Of a stretch of 64,000 nt of DNA, positions 9,823-19,499 are shown piece after piece. Position numbers and translations under genes: made by a program. The stretch is from contig JAZOVZ010000041.1 of NCBI GenBank assembly GCA_045658965.1, forward strand, positions 42,669-106,668, given 5' to 3'. How positions within the stretch are numbered: position 1 is the stretch's first letter; every line of letters begins with the position of its first letter. The stretch is from Eubacteriales bacterium (GTDB lineage: Bacteria > Bacillota > Clostridia > Oscillospirales > CAG-272). A model generated the notes under the pieces. That model did not search any database. It was not told where the DNA came from and saw nothing but the letters and a program-made list of their open reading frames with translations.

Positions 9823-10545
9823 TCAGTCGTCAGAAGCCTTTTGAGTGATCGAAATATTGAGGTTGCCGTTACGTATACGGATGTCATCAAGCAAAGCTTT
9901 CTGCGCGTCTTTATTCTTGAGGCGAATTCTGTAGCGCAGCTCGGTCAGCGTACCGTATTCCACAGACTTGACTCGCTCAAGGTTGTAGCTCTTACAGTGC
10001 TGCTTAAGAACGGGCTCAAATACGCCTGCAAAATCAAGAGATTCGGGCATCATAATGGTCAGTCTCATTGCTCCGCCGCCGATGCTGTCAAAGCCGGTCA
10101 GGGAAGCGATAATGATCACAGCGAGGATAATACCGATCGCGATTGCGGCAAATCCGATACCGCCCGTACCGCAAGCCATACCGACTGCAGCGGAGAGGTA
10201 AATAAAGATCAGATCGCTGGGATTCTCAACCGAGTGTCTGAAACGAATCAGAGCCAGACCACCACCGATAGAGATCGCACGCGCCAGGTTAGAACCGACC
10301 GCGATAACGATAACGGAAACGATAGGACCCATCAAAAGAATGGTAAACAAAGACTTGTTGGAATATGCCTTTTTGCGGTTAACAAGTAAGTAAACCAAGG
10401 TGACAAGCAACGACATACCGATGCTGGCGCCAATCAAAGCAAGCGTCTTTCCAAGGGTCAGTGTGGATACACCCGTAGTTGCTGTGTCGTAATAAATCTG
10501 GATATTTACCAGAAGCTGATTAAAAAAGTTTTCTAAAGCCTGCAT
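9823..10545 (-). CDS. DUF4956-like membrane protein
   Basis: 240 aa. Four or five TM helices, then a soluble C-terminal domain. Lies directly downstream of the VTC-domain gene; this pairing is recalled from Firmicute annotations. Confidence 0.65.
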   Translation of the reverse strand: MQALENFFNQLLVNIQIYYDTATTGVSTLTLGKTLALIGASIGMSLLVTLVYLLVNRKKAYSNKSLFTILLMGPIVSVIVIAVGSNLARAISIGGGLALIRFRHSVENPSDLIFIYLSAAVGMACGTGGIGFAAIAIGIILAVIIIASLTGFDSIGGGAMRLTIMMPESLDFAGVFEPVLKQHCKSYNLERVKSVEYGTLTELRYRIRLKNKDAQKALLDDIRIRNGNLNISITQKASDD

Positions 10546-10560
10546 ATTTGAAACTCTCCT

Positions 10561-11310
10561 TTACATGAATCCTGTCAACAGAAATTCTTCAATGCCGTTA
10601 TTTTTCAGTACGTTCTTTTTCAGATCCGTTCCTATCTTGGAAAAAGTGTGAAAGGTCAATTCATACTCATTCATGATCTGTACAAACCAATAGGGAACTG
10701 CGCCTGCGAATTTGACCTCCACGATCATTTTGTCGGGCGGCAACAGCGGTTCACCGAATCTGCCGCTTTCCAAATGCAGTTCGTGCCGCCTTGAAACAAT
10801 GTCAAAATCGAACGTCACGCGAAAATCGGGATCCTCTTTGCCGTAATAAGCATATCGCAGATAACTGACGTATGCGACCGGTTCGACGGGAGTGTGCGAA
10901 ATATAATATTCGATCTCACGCAACACCTGCGTATTCATGTACTTGGTGTCCTTAGGGTATTCGCGTCGCTCTAAAAAGTCATAAACCTCACGCAGTGTGA
11001 TCTTGGCGCGACGCTTAGTACCAACGCCATTCAGCTTTCGTTTGATCTCCAAAAACACCTTGGTATCAAGATTTGGCGTGTCATAACTGCGCAATCGGAG
11101 TTTTTCTTTGTACTTGGGCAACTGTACTGAATTACGAATTACATCGTTATTGACATTGTCGAAATACAGATTACAAATCATATACGGTTTGCCGTCCTTG
11201 TTATGAGGGTCGGCATTCATGAATTCCTCGATGCGTTGCTTGAGCGGTTCCATCAGAGAAGCGTCAATGATGATCTTCTTCTCTCGCCGTTGAAACGTAT
11301 TTCCTGCCAA
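10561..11310 (-). CDS. VTC-domain (polyphosphate polymerase-like / triphosphate tunnel) protein
   Basis: 249 aa. FQRREKK..., ICNLYFDN, LPKYKEKLRLRSY and EIKRK motifs are typical of bacterial VTC/CYTH-like proteins. TTG start lies 7 nt after a GGAGG SD. Confidence 0.75.
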   Translation of the reverse strand: MAGNTFQRREKKIIIDASLMEPLKQRIEEFMNADPHNKDGKPYMICNLYFDNVNNDVIRNSVQLPKYKEKLRLRSYDTPNLDTKVFLEIKRKLNGVGTKRRAKITLREVYDFLERREYPKDTKYMNTQVLREIEYYISHTPVEPVAYVSYLRYAYYGKEDPDFRVTFDFDIVSRRHELHLESGRFGEPLLPPDKMIVEVKFAGAVPYWFVQIMNEYELTFHTFSKIGTDLKKNVLKNNGIEEFLLTGFM

Positions 11311-11431
11311 AGCGCCACCTCCTTATGTAATCTTTGCATATTTTAGCACAAATAATTGACATTTCCGTGAATGACGCGTGAATGAAATATGACTTTTGCA
11401 CAAAAAGCACAAAAGTCATACTTGGTACCAG

Positions 11432-12829
11432 TTATAAATTCAAATATTTGCGCATATTTTCGATCTGCTGCAATACGCTCTCGGGAGCCGGACCACCGTA
11501 GCAAGCACGCCCTGCAACGCAGTTGTTCGGATCAATTGCGGCGTATATGTCTTGCTCAAAAATCGGATCTGCCTGTCTGTATTCATCCAACGTCAGGGAT
11601 TCCAACGTCTTTTGATTTGCTATGCAGTATGCGACCAGATTGCCGACGACCTTGTAGGCACTGCGGAAGGGAAGCCCCTTTTTGACCATGTAATCGGCAC
11701 AATCCGTAGCATTGATAAAGCCCTTGGAAACTGCTTCGCGCAAGGTTGCCACGTTAAAGGTAGCCGTATCAAGCATTGCGGCAAACAACTCCAGGCAAAT
11801 CTTGGCGGTATCCAGTGCATCAAACACCGCCTCCTTATCCTCCTGCATATCCTTGTTATATGCAAGCGGAATACCTTTCATTACAGTCAGCAGCGTTGTC
11901 AGATCGCCGTATACGCGACCGGTCTTGCCGCGCACCAGCTCTGCTATATCGGGGTTTTTCTTTTGGGGCATAATGGACGAGCCCGTAGAATACGCATCAT
12001 CCAGGTCAACAAAGCCAAACTCTGAGGAAGACCAAAGGATAATTTCCTCAGAAAAGCGCGACAGATGCATCATAAGGATCGAAAGAGTGCTGAGCAGCTC
12101 GATTGCGTAATCGCGGTCAGAAACTCCGTCCATGCTGTTTTGACATACGCTGTCAAAGCCAAGCAGCTCTGCTACCATAAAGCGATCAATGGGATATGTT
12201 GTACCTGCCAAAGCGCATGAGCCTAAAGGTAAGACGTTCATATTCTTGGCAACGTCGTCAAGTCTGCGTACGTCACGCGCAAACATCTGGCCGTAAGCCA
12301 TGAGATAATGTCCAAGTGTGACCGGTTGTGCGCGCTGCAGGTGCGTATATCCCGGCATGATATCGGCTGCATGCTGCTCGGACTTGTTACAAATGACATT
12401 GATCAAATGCAATAACAGCTCCTTTAATTCGACGATTTCATCGCGCAGATATAGGCGCAAATCAAGTGCGACTTGATCGTTTCTGCTGCGAGCGGTGTGT
12501 AAGCGCTTGCCAACGTCGCCGATGCGTGCAGTCAACTCGCTTTCAACAAACATATGAATATCCTCGGCACTCATATCGAATGCGAGCTTGCCGGTGTCAA
12601 GATCGTTCAGGATCTCGGCAAGCGTTTTACAGATCAGCGCAGCGTCGTCTTCCGAAATAATGCCGCATTTTCCAAGCATAGTTGCATGTGCAATCGAGCC
12701 ATGGATATCCTGCTTGTACATTCTGCAATCAAAGTGAATAGAGGAGTTGAAGTCGTTCACACGGCTGTTGAGCTGCTTTTGAAAGCGTCCTGCCCACATT
12801 GTATTCATCGTAAAAGTCCTACCTTTCAA
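11432..12829 (-). CDS. argH: Argininosuccinate lyase
   Basis: 465 aa with the fumarate-lyase signature GSSIMPQKKNP. Confidence 0.96.
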   Translation of the reverse strand: MKGRTFTMNTMWAGRFQKQLNSRVNDFNSSIHFDCRMYKQDIHGSIAHATMLGKCGIISEDDAALICKTLAEILNDLDTGKLAFDMSAEDIHMFVESELTARIGDVGKRLHTARSRNDQVALDLRLYLRDEIVELKELLLHLINVICNKSEQHAADIMPGYTHLQRAQPVTLGHYLMAYGQMFARDVRRLDDVAKNMNVLPLGSCALAGTTYPIDRFMVAELLGFDSVCQNSMDGVSDRDYAIELLSTLSILMMHLSRFSEEIILWSSSEFGFVDLDDAYSTGSSIMPQKKNPDIAELVRGKTGRVYGDLTTLLTVMKGIPLAYNKDMQEDKEAVFDALDTAKICLELFAAMLDTATFNVATLREAVSKGFINATDCADYMVKKGLPFRSAYKVVGNLVAYCIANQKTLESLTLDEYRQADPIFEQDIYAAIDPNNCVAGRACYGGPAPESVLQQIENMRKYLNL

Positions 12830-12866
12830 TCAAACGAGGGGTGTCACAAGACACCCCTTGGGGGAA

Positions 12867-14093
12867 TTATTTATTCTTTTGAGCATCCAGCATTGCCTTG
12901 ACCTTGATCGGAAGACCGTACAGATTGATAAAGCCTGCAGAATCCTTTTGGTCATAAGCACCGCCGTCCTCGCCAAACGACGCGATGGTCTCGCTGTAAA
13001 GGGAATTGGGGGAAGTTACGCCTGCGTTAATGATATTGCCCTTATAAAGCTTAAGCTTGACCTCACCGCAAACGCTCTCCTGCGTCTTATCCACAAAAGC
13101 GGAGAGAGCTTCACGCAGAGGCGTGAACCACTGACCGTTATACACCAGTTCGCCAAATTTGATGGCGATCTGCTGCTTGTAATGCTGGGTGTCGCGGTCC
13201 AGCGTGATCGATTCCAGTACCTTGTGTGCATGGTACAGAATTGTGCCGCCGGGAGTTTCGTAAACGCCACGGCTCTTCATACCGACAAGGCGGTTTTCAA
13301 CCAGATCAAGCAGACCAATGCCGTGCGCACCGCCGAGCTCATTAAGCTTTTCCACAAGGGAAACGCTATCCATTTCCACGCCGTCGATCGCGGTGGGAAT
13401 GCCCTTATCAAAGGTAATGGTCAGGTATGCGGGAGTATCGGGTGCCTGCTCGGGGCAAACGCCCATTTCCAGGAATCCGGGCTTTTGATACTGCGGTTCA
13501 TTTGCGGGATCTTCCAGATCCAAGCCCTCGTGAGACAGATGCCAGATGTTTTTATCCTTGGAATAATTTGTCTCGCGGCTGATCTTAAGCGGAATATTAT
13601 GTGCTTCTGCATAATCGATCTCTTCGTCACGGGATTTGATATCCCATACGCGCCAAGGTGCAATGATCTGCATATCGGGAGCAAACGCCTTAATGGTCAG
13701 CTCAAAGCGCACCTGGTCGTTGCCCTTACCGGTACATCCGTGGCAGATCGCATCTGCGCCTTCCTTGATTGCAATCTCTGCAAGTCCTTTGGCGATGCAG
13801 GGACGCGCGTGAGAAGTGCCCAGCAGATATTCTTCATAAGCCGCGCCTGCTTTCAGACAAGGATATATATAATTTTCAATGTAATCCTTCTTGAGATCCA
13901 GCACGTAAAGCTTGGATGCACCGGTCTTGATTGCCTTTTCCTCAAGACCGTCCAGTTCTGTACCTTGTCCAACGTCACCGGACACTGCGATCACTTCACA
14001 TCCGGGATAATTTTCTTTGAGCCACGGAATGATAATGGAGGTGTCAAGGCCGCCTGAATATGCAAGTACGATTTTTTTGATTTGTTTTTTCAT
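12867..14093 (-). CDS. argG: Argininosuccinate synthase
   Basis: 408 aa with the [12 protein letters not shown]-binding motif and conserved C-terminal oligomerisation region. Confidence 0.96.
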   Translation of the reverse strand: MKKQIKKIVLAYSGGLDTSIIIPWLKENYPGCEVIAVSGDVGQGTELDGLEEKAIKTGASKLYVLDLKKDYIENYIYPCLKAGAAYEEYLLGTSHARPCIAKGLAEIAIKEGADAICHGCTGKGNDQVRFELTIKAFAPDMQIIAPWRVWDIKSRDEEIDYAEAHNIPLKISRETNYSKDKNIWHLSHEGLDLEDPANEPQYQKPGFLEMGVCPEQAPDTPAYLTITFDKGIPTAIDGVEMDSVSLVEKLNELGGAHGIGLLDLVENRLVGMKSRGVYETPGGTILYHAHKVLESITLDRDTQHYKQQIAIKFGELVYNGQWFTPLREALSAFVDKTQESVCGEVKLKLYKGNIINAGVTSPNSLYSETIASFGEDGGAYDQKDSAGFINLYGLPIKVKAMLDAQKNK

Positions 14094-14283
14094 GATAAAC
14101 GCCTTTCAGTAATGCTAAGAAAAATATGAATATATTATACTGCATAAATATGAGAATTGCAATAGTAATATTCAACAAAGTTGTATATATATGCATGTGC
14201 AGAATGCCCAATACACACCCCACGAATTCCCATGAAAGAAGTATCATTTTCCGTTTATAATAAAGGGGAAAGGAGATGATGCA

Positions 14284-15078
14284 ATGGGACTTGATAAGCA
14301 TTTCCGAGCAATATGCAATTTATGCATATTTTTCACATTATGCATGTTATTATGCATAACGGCAAGCGCAGCTTCACCCCAACATTGGTATTGTAAACGC
14401 ACGCCGGATCACTCACAGCCGGGCATGGATCCCGATATGCAATGGATAGAACAAATAAACGGTATTTATCTTGACAAGCATCACGCTGATCAGGATGACG
14501 AAAAGGTCGTTTACTTGACGTTTGACGCCGGATATGAGAACGGAAACGTCGCAAAAATCTTAGATATTATGCAAGAGCAAAACGTGACCGGGGCATTCTT
14601 CATTCTGGGGAATCTGATCGATCGAAATCCGGACCTGGTCAAGCGCATGGCAGACCAAGGACATCTTGTTTGCAATCACACCTATTCGCATAAAAATATC
14701 ACGACCATGTCCGCAAACGATATTGCAGTTGAGCTGGACCGTCTTGAAAATGCATATATGCAGCTAACGGGAAAGCAGATGGATAAATATTTCAGACCGC
14801 CTGAAGGCACCTTTGATCAGGCCTCGCTGAAAGCCGTATGCGACCATGGCTACAAGACCGTCTTTTGGAGCTTTGCATATGCTGATTGGGACAATAACAA
14901 ACAAATGAGCCCCCAAGCCGCCAAGAAAAAGATCTTTGACAATCTGCACAACGGGGAGATCATGCTGCTGCATCCGACATCGGCAACCAACGCACAAATT
15001 CTTGGCGAGGTCATATGCGAATTGAAAGGCATGGGGTATCGCTTTGGCACGCTGGATGAATTGGAGTTTCAGGCATGA
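14284..15078 (+). CDS. pdaA: Polysaccharide deacetylase, PdaA-like (delta-lactam-biosynthetic de-N-acetylase type)
   Basis: 264 aa. Signal/anchor helix, NodB motifs YLTFDAGYENG, NHTYSH, RPPEG and LLHP. Confidence 0.75.
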   Translation: MGLDKHFRAICNLCIFFTLCMLLCITASAASPQHWYCKRTPDHSQPGMDPDMQWIEQINGIYLDKHHADQDDEKVVYLTFDAGYENGNVAKILDIMQEQNVTGAFFILGNLIDRNPDLVKRMADQGHLVCNHTYSHKNITTMSANDIAVELDRLENAYMQLTGKQMDKYFRPPEGTFDQASLKAVCDHGYKTVFWSFAYADWDNNKQMSPQAAKKKIFDNLHNGEIMLLHPTSATNAQILGEVICELKGMGYRFGTLDELEFQA

Positions 15079-15755
15079 TAAAACGTACGATCGTCTGTAT
15101 AATCATCATAAGCTGCTTTATTTCTTGTGTCACCGTGCATAGTCACGCTTTTGATGACGGAAATCAACCCTTGACGAAAAAGCAAATCGTCTTGACCTTT
15201 GATGACGGTCCGCATCCAAGGCAGACAAAACAAATTTTAGACGTTCTTGACAAATACGGAATAAAAGCCACATTTTTTGTCATTGGAGTCAACGTAAAAA
15301 ATTATCCCGGTATTATCTCCGAGGTGCTTTCGCGCGGACACGAGATCGGCAACCATACTACGACTCACTCACACGCAGCAAGGCTGGATCTGGCTGCGCT
15401 TCAGACGGAAATCGCCGACTGTGAAAGGGAAGTGCTGATGCAAACAGGGAAGCGCTGTAACCTATTCAGACCTCCAGAGGGGGCTATGACAGATACGATG
15501 CGTAAGGTTGTAAAAGACCTGGGATATACGAGCGTTTTTTGGACCTTGGATACCCGCGATTGGGCGCACACCCCTCCGGATCAGATCAGTGACTATATCA
15601 TACAGAATGCAAAAAACGGAGATATTATACTCATGCATGACTATATAGGCGCAAATAGTCCTACCGTAAAAGCATTGGAATCGTTTATCCCGATCTTGCT
15701 CGAACAAGGCTTCACGTTTGTTACCGTCGGGGAACTACTGCAAAGCAAGCAATAA
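15075..15755 (+). CDS. Polysaccharide deacetylase family protein (NodB domain)
   Basis: 226 aa. LTFDDGPHP, GNHTTTH, FRPPEG and ILMHD motifs. ATGA overlap with the upstream deacetylase. Confidence 0.85.
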   Translation: MIKRTIVCIIIISCFISCVTVHSHAFDDGNQPLTKKQIVLTFDDGPHPRQTKQILDVLDKYGIKATFFVIGVNVKNYPGIISEVLSRGHEIGNHTTTHSHAARLDLAALQTEIADCEREVLMQTGKRCNLFRPPEGAMTDTMRKVVKDLGYTSVFWTLDTRDWAHTPPDQISDYIIQNAKNGDIILMHDYIGANSPTVKALESFIPILLEQGFTFVTVGELLQSKQ

Positions 15756-15786
15756 AAAGCGACCGCTTTTTAGCGGTCGCTTCTTA
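15754..15786. terminator. Bidirectional terminator
   Basis: AAAAAGCGACCGC-TTTTTA-GCGGTCGCTTCTT. Confidence 0.75.
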
Positions 15787-15787
15787 T

Positions 15788-16750
15788 TTATTCGTCGCAC
15801 GGATCATTTGCAGTCACCGTGATCGGATCAATCATATGCTTTTTGATAATAGGGTACGCACAGTAAACTGAAATAAATGACGTAAAGGCAAACAAAAACA
15901 ACGCAGGAATAAAAATCAAGAATCCAAGATTATATTGTAAGCCAATAAACGCGAGCGCAGCCCAAAAAGCAACGCACAGGAATACGCCCAAGCCCGCCAT
16001 CAAATTGCGCTTAATACCGAGCGCTGTGAAGATCAACGCATTTTTCAGCATTTTATAAAGGGAAATGTTGAACGTAATCATCATCAGATACAGATACATA
16101 CGCATAAACAGGTATACGATGATCAGCGCTGTGACTGCAAAAAACATCAGGTATGACCAGTAGTTTGAGCGCACGCTCCATGTATACATGAAGTCGATGA
16201 TCAACACAATGATGATACCGGCATCCATCAGGCCGAGAATCAGCCCTTGCTTGAAATTCTTTTTGATTGCGTAGAAATAATCCGAAAACATAAACACGCC
16301 GTCACCACGCGCAAGACCGCGAAGAATATACGTCACACCGGTATTCTGCCAGCCCCACGTGATTGCCAAAACACCCAGAAGCACGTAAGGCAACCAGCTT
16401 GCGTAAGAATTATACGTGATAAAGTTGACCTGCGGCAATATATGCATCAGCTTGGTGAGAGTCTCTATGCCACCAGCGCCAGTCAATTGGGCGCCAATGA
16501 GCGCCGAATACGCAGGACTGCTTATAGTAGGCATCTGCGGACCGTTAAAAAAGACGTAAACCGCGATCGCAATAGGCAGAACCATGCCAAACATCATCAA
16601 ATTTAACGTAAGCAGATTAGAAAACTTGCGGAACGTAAGCTTAAAAAAGTAGCCAAGATTTGGCGTTTTATCCTCGCCTGGATCGACACCGCGTCCATCT
16701 CGATTCATATCAAAAATATTGGGAATTTTAAATTTCTTTTTCTTTTCCAA
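15788..16750 (-). CDS. DUF624 (YesL-like) membrane protein
   Basis: 320 aa, multi-TM. LNLMMFGMVLPIA and YFYAIKKNFKQGLILGL resemble the DUF624 consensus. The track start is TTG, so the true start is uncertain. Confidence 0.6.
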   Translation of the reverse strand: MEKKKKFKIPNIFDMNRDGRGVDPGEDKTPNLGYFFKLTFRKFSNLLTLNLMMFGMVLPIAIAVYVFFNGPQMPTISSPAYSALIGAQLTGAGGIETLTKLMHILPQVNFITYNSYASWLPYVLLGVLAITWGWQNTGVTYILRGLARGDGVFMFSDYFYAIKKNFKQGLILGLMDAGIIIVLIIDFMYTWSVRSNYWSYLMFFAVTALIIVYLFMRMYLYLMMITFNISLYKMLKNALIFTALGIKRNLMAGLGVFLCVAFWAALAFIGLQYNLGFLIFIPALFLFAFTSFISVYCAYPIIKKHMIDPITVTANDPCDE

Positions 16751-16798
16751 AACAGTGAATTCCTTTGTAGTATGATTTTGTATAATGTTGGGTAAGAA

Positions 16799-17560
16799 TC
16801 ATGAATTTTGACGAAGTACTTCAAAAGCAATTACCGTAACTGCGGAAGCAGCCGATAACGATCCGTTGAAGTCCCGTCCATAGTCTATGCGTACAATCTG
16901 ATCTGCAGAGTCCAAAATGTTTCTGGAAATGCCACGCTTTTCGCCACCGATCACAAGCAGCAAAGGCTTACGCAGATCCGCCTCATAAATGGTTTGCGAA
17001 TCGCGAATACCCGCACATACAATGCGATATCCTGCGTTTTTAAATTGACGGATAGCCGTCTCCGGATCAGACACGCGAACGTCCAAAATTTCCGAAGTTC
17101 CTGCAGAAGATTTTGCGACAATACCCGAAGCGCTCATGCAATTGTGCGGTGGAAGCAGGACACCGTCAACGCCTGCAGCGTACAAAGATCTGATAGCAAA
17201 GCCAAGATTAAACGGATCTTCAATGCCATCAGCCAGTACCCAAAAGCCTTGACCGTCAAGCTCTGCGCAATCGGCAAAGTCACGGTCTCCACACAGCGCA
17301 ATGATTCCGCCATGCGTATTACCTTGAGCCATAGCATCGATTATTTCGGCATTTACGTAGATTATCTGATAACCCTGCGTCAAAGACATGGCTTTCAGAT
17401 AACCGATCTCCTTATATTTGCTGCGCTTTTTCGCTATGTCTATGAGCACAGCGTAGATAGGTCTGTTATTAACACGGCTTTCACGGCCGTGTATTAAGGA
17501 AGAGATAGACGTCATGCCTTCAAATATACAGCTGTAATTGATATCTTGAAACACAGGCAT
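16799..17560 (-). CDS. TrmH/SpoU-family RNA 2'-O-methyltransferase (RlmB/YacO-like)
   Basis: SpoU motifs LLVIGGEKRGIS and SLSAASAVTVIAFE. Start moved to the ATG 7 nt after the AAGGAG SD (MPVFQD...). Confidence 0.85.
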   Translation of the reverse strand: MPVFQDINYSCIFEGMTSISSLIHGRESRVNNRPIYAVLIDIAKKRSKYKEIGYLKAMSLTQGYQIIYVNAEIIDAMAQGNTHGGIIALCGDRDFADCAELDGQGFWVLADGIEDPFNLGFAIRSLYAAGVDGVLLPPHNCMSASGIVAKSSAGTSEILDVRVSDPETAIRQFKNAGYRIVCAGIRDSQTIYEADLRKPLLLVIGGEKRGISRNILDSADQIVRIDYGRDFNGSLSAASAVTVIAFEVLRQNS

Positions 17561-17640
17561 AAAGCAACTCCTTGAGCACATAATCATTCGTTATAAAGCA
17601 TATTATGAAAGCAGAAATAAGTAACGAGAGGTACAGGTAA

Positions 17641-17931
17641 ATGATGTACATATCTTCAGAAAAAGAACGTTGCGTATTACTTGCCAATTATATTATCGAA
17701 AACCAAGCTACGGTCAGAATCACGGCAGCAAGATTCGGAATCAGCAAAAGCACCGTACATAAAGACGTTACGCAGGTATTGCCGTACGTGAACAAATCCT
17801 TGTATCTGCATGTAAAAGAAATTCTCGACAAGAATAAGCAGGAAAGGCATTTGCGCGGTGGGCAAGCAACCAAAAGAAAATACTTATCCCAAACCAAGCA
17901 TACCCGTAAAAACAGCCGGGGGAGTGCCTGA
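17641..17931 (+). CDS. spoIIID: Stage III sporulation transcription factor SpoIIID
   Basis: 96 aa. ERCVLLANYIIENQATVRITAARFGISKSTVHKDVTQVLPYVN...VKEILDKNKQERHLRGG aligns closely with B. subtilis SpoIIID. Confidence 0.9.
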   Translation: MMYISSEKERCVLLANYIIENQATVRITAARFGISKSTVHKDVTQVLPYVNKSLYLHVKEILDKNKQERHLRGGQATKRKYLSQTKHTRKNSRGSA

Positions 17932-17963
17932 AAGGGCTTTTTTCGCGCATTTCGCTCCCCTAC

Positions 17964-17991
17964 ATTATACAAAACTTTGATTTTGTATAAT
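17964..17991. promoter_or_regulatory. AT-rich perfect inverted repeat (weak terminator or operator) after spoIIID
   Basis: ATTATACAAAA-CTTTGA-TTTTGTATAAT, with 11-bp perfect arms. Confidence 0.4.
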
Positions 17992-18306
17992 TTCGTATGT
18001 GTTGCTAAACAGTGCTCTTTTCCGCCGTATATTTCCGTGTTGCGCTATTTTACTTATATAACCTATGTATTATAACATAAATATTACGTAATTACAAGAT
18101 GTCATAATAAAATTCACCACTGCACCAAGGAAAATTTACATGTCATCAAAGCGATGCCGATCTGTATGTCAACCTTACTAAATTTCGCGATCAAAATCTG
18201 TGTAATATCCCGATTTTCATTTTCCCCCTTTACTTTATACGACTTAATGTGTTATAATAATACAAATAATAACCGGTCAAATTGCCGGTAAGGAGGATTT
18301 ATTATT

Positions 18307-18726
18307 ATGGCAATTAAAATGCGCGTACTTTGCACCCCCGGCAAAAAGAAGCTGGTTTCCATCACACAGATGATCAAGCAGGAATTTGAGTTGAATATCA
18401 ATGCTGCAGACGTAATCCCGCCCGCATATTCCTGCGATAAAGAGCGTTTGGTCGTTCTTTGCGTTACTTGTAAGGGTTCTTTGAAGGATGATGTCAGACT
18501 CTTTATCAGCGAGCTCAACAAAACTCGTGCCGTTAACGTTGCGTTGATGATCGACGGCACTCCCGACGGCGACGCTTACGTACGCTCTCTGCTGGCTAAC
18601 GCAGGAACCAACGTTTGCGAAAAGACCTTGTACGTAAACGGCGGCAATCTGTTCAACTCCAAGATCACAGATCAGGAAAAGACCGACATTATTGCTTGGG
18701 TCAACGAGTGTATTGCAGCTATTTAA
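18307..18726 (+). CDS. Hypothetical protein (alternating beta/alpha pattern, flavodoxin-like by eye only)
   Basis: 139 aa, strong SD AAGGAGG, terminator follows. No diagnostic motif recognised. Confidence 0.5.
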   Translation: MAIKMRVLCTPGKKKLVSITQMIKQEFELNINAADVIPPAYSCDKERLVVLCVTCKGSLKDDVRLFISELNKTRAVNVALMIDGTPDGDAYVRSLLANAGTNVCEKTLYVNGGNLFNSKITDQEKTDIIAWVNECIAAI

Positions 18727-18735
18727 CGAAATTAT

Positions 18736-18761
18736 AAAAAAGAGGCGTCAGCCTCTTTTTT
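18736..18761. terminator. Bidirectional terminator
   Basis: AAAAAAGAGGC-GTCA-GCCTCTTTTTT. Confidence 0.75.
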
Positions 18762-18773
18762 ATTTGCCGGATA

Positions 18774-19487
18774 TTACGTTTGCTTCAGATAAGCAAGCAG
18801 ATCGCCAAGCGTACCTTGTTTATACATGGATATATCCTTATGGCTTGCATTTATCAGGTCTCTGGGTATCAAAAACACGTCACACCCAAGATTGGATGCA
18901 ATCATATCCTCGTCTACGTTATTACCAACCATAAGACATTTGCACGGATCATAGCCCATACGCGCAAGCAGTTCCTCATAATACGCCGGATTGGGCTTAC
19001 AGTAATGGTATGATTCATACGTCGTGATTTCAGCAAAATCCCGGGGATCCAGACCCGCCCATCTGATTCGTGCATGAGTTGCCACACGCGGAAAAAACGG
19101 ATTTGTCGCAACGACCATCGGAATACCCTCTGTCTTGATATACTCAATCAATGCCGGAGCTTCCGGATCGTATCCGCAGGATGCTCGCACCTTGTTATCG
19201 AATTCGGTAGCGTAAAAGCGCTCCATATCTTCGACGGAAATCCTGAGTTCGTTGGTACGGTGATACGCTTCATAATAGTCAGCAAACGCCTGCCTGTTTG
19301 TGCATGCGCCATCGTTCCCTATTACGTGTTGGAGACTTCCCTGCAGCACTTCCCCCACTTGTTTGGCAGAAGCACCCGTTGGCAAAACGTACGAAACCAA
19401 CGCGCGGTAAAAGCAATCCACAAAGGTTGGCTCGTGCATTGGAAGCAGCGTCCCGTCAAGATCAAACAGTATTGCTTGATATTTCAT
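18774..19487 (-). CDS. HAD-superfamily hydrolase
   Basis: 237 aa. Motif I ILFDLDGTLL, a later VATN, and a C-terminal VGNNVDEDM. Confidence 0.85.
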   Translation of the reverse strand: MKYQAILFDLDGTLLPMHEPTFVDCFYRALVSYVLPTGASAKQVGEVLQGSLQHVIGNDGACTNRQAFADYYEAYHRTNELRISVEDMERFYATEFDNKVRASCGYDPEAPALIEYIKTEGIPMVVATNPFFPRVATHARIRWAGLDPRDFAEITTYESYHYCKPNPAYYEELLARMGYDPCKCLMVGNNVDEDMIASNLGCDVFLIPRDLINASHKDISMYKQGTLGDLLAYLKQT

Positions 19488-19499
19488 ATCATTTCCGTA

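Noticed and set aside
12858-14057. 399-aa ORF on the plus strand
   Set aside because: It lies entirely antisense to argG, which has unmistakable motifs. Its composition (Leu/Arg/Cys-rich, no SD) is typical of a shadow ORF in a gene with GC-rich third codon positions.
18140-18181. 13-aa ORF (MSSKRCRSVCQPY) with an AAGGA 8 nt upstream, in the spoIIID-downstream gap
   Set aside because: It is too short to distinguish from chance without conservation or ribosome-profiling data.
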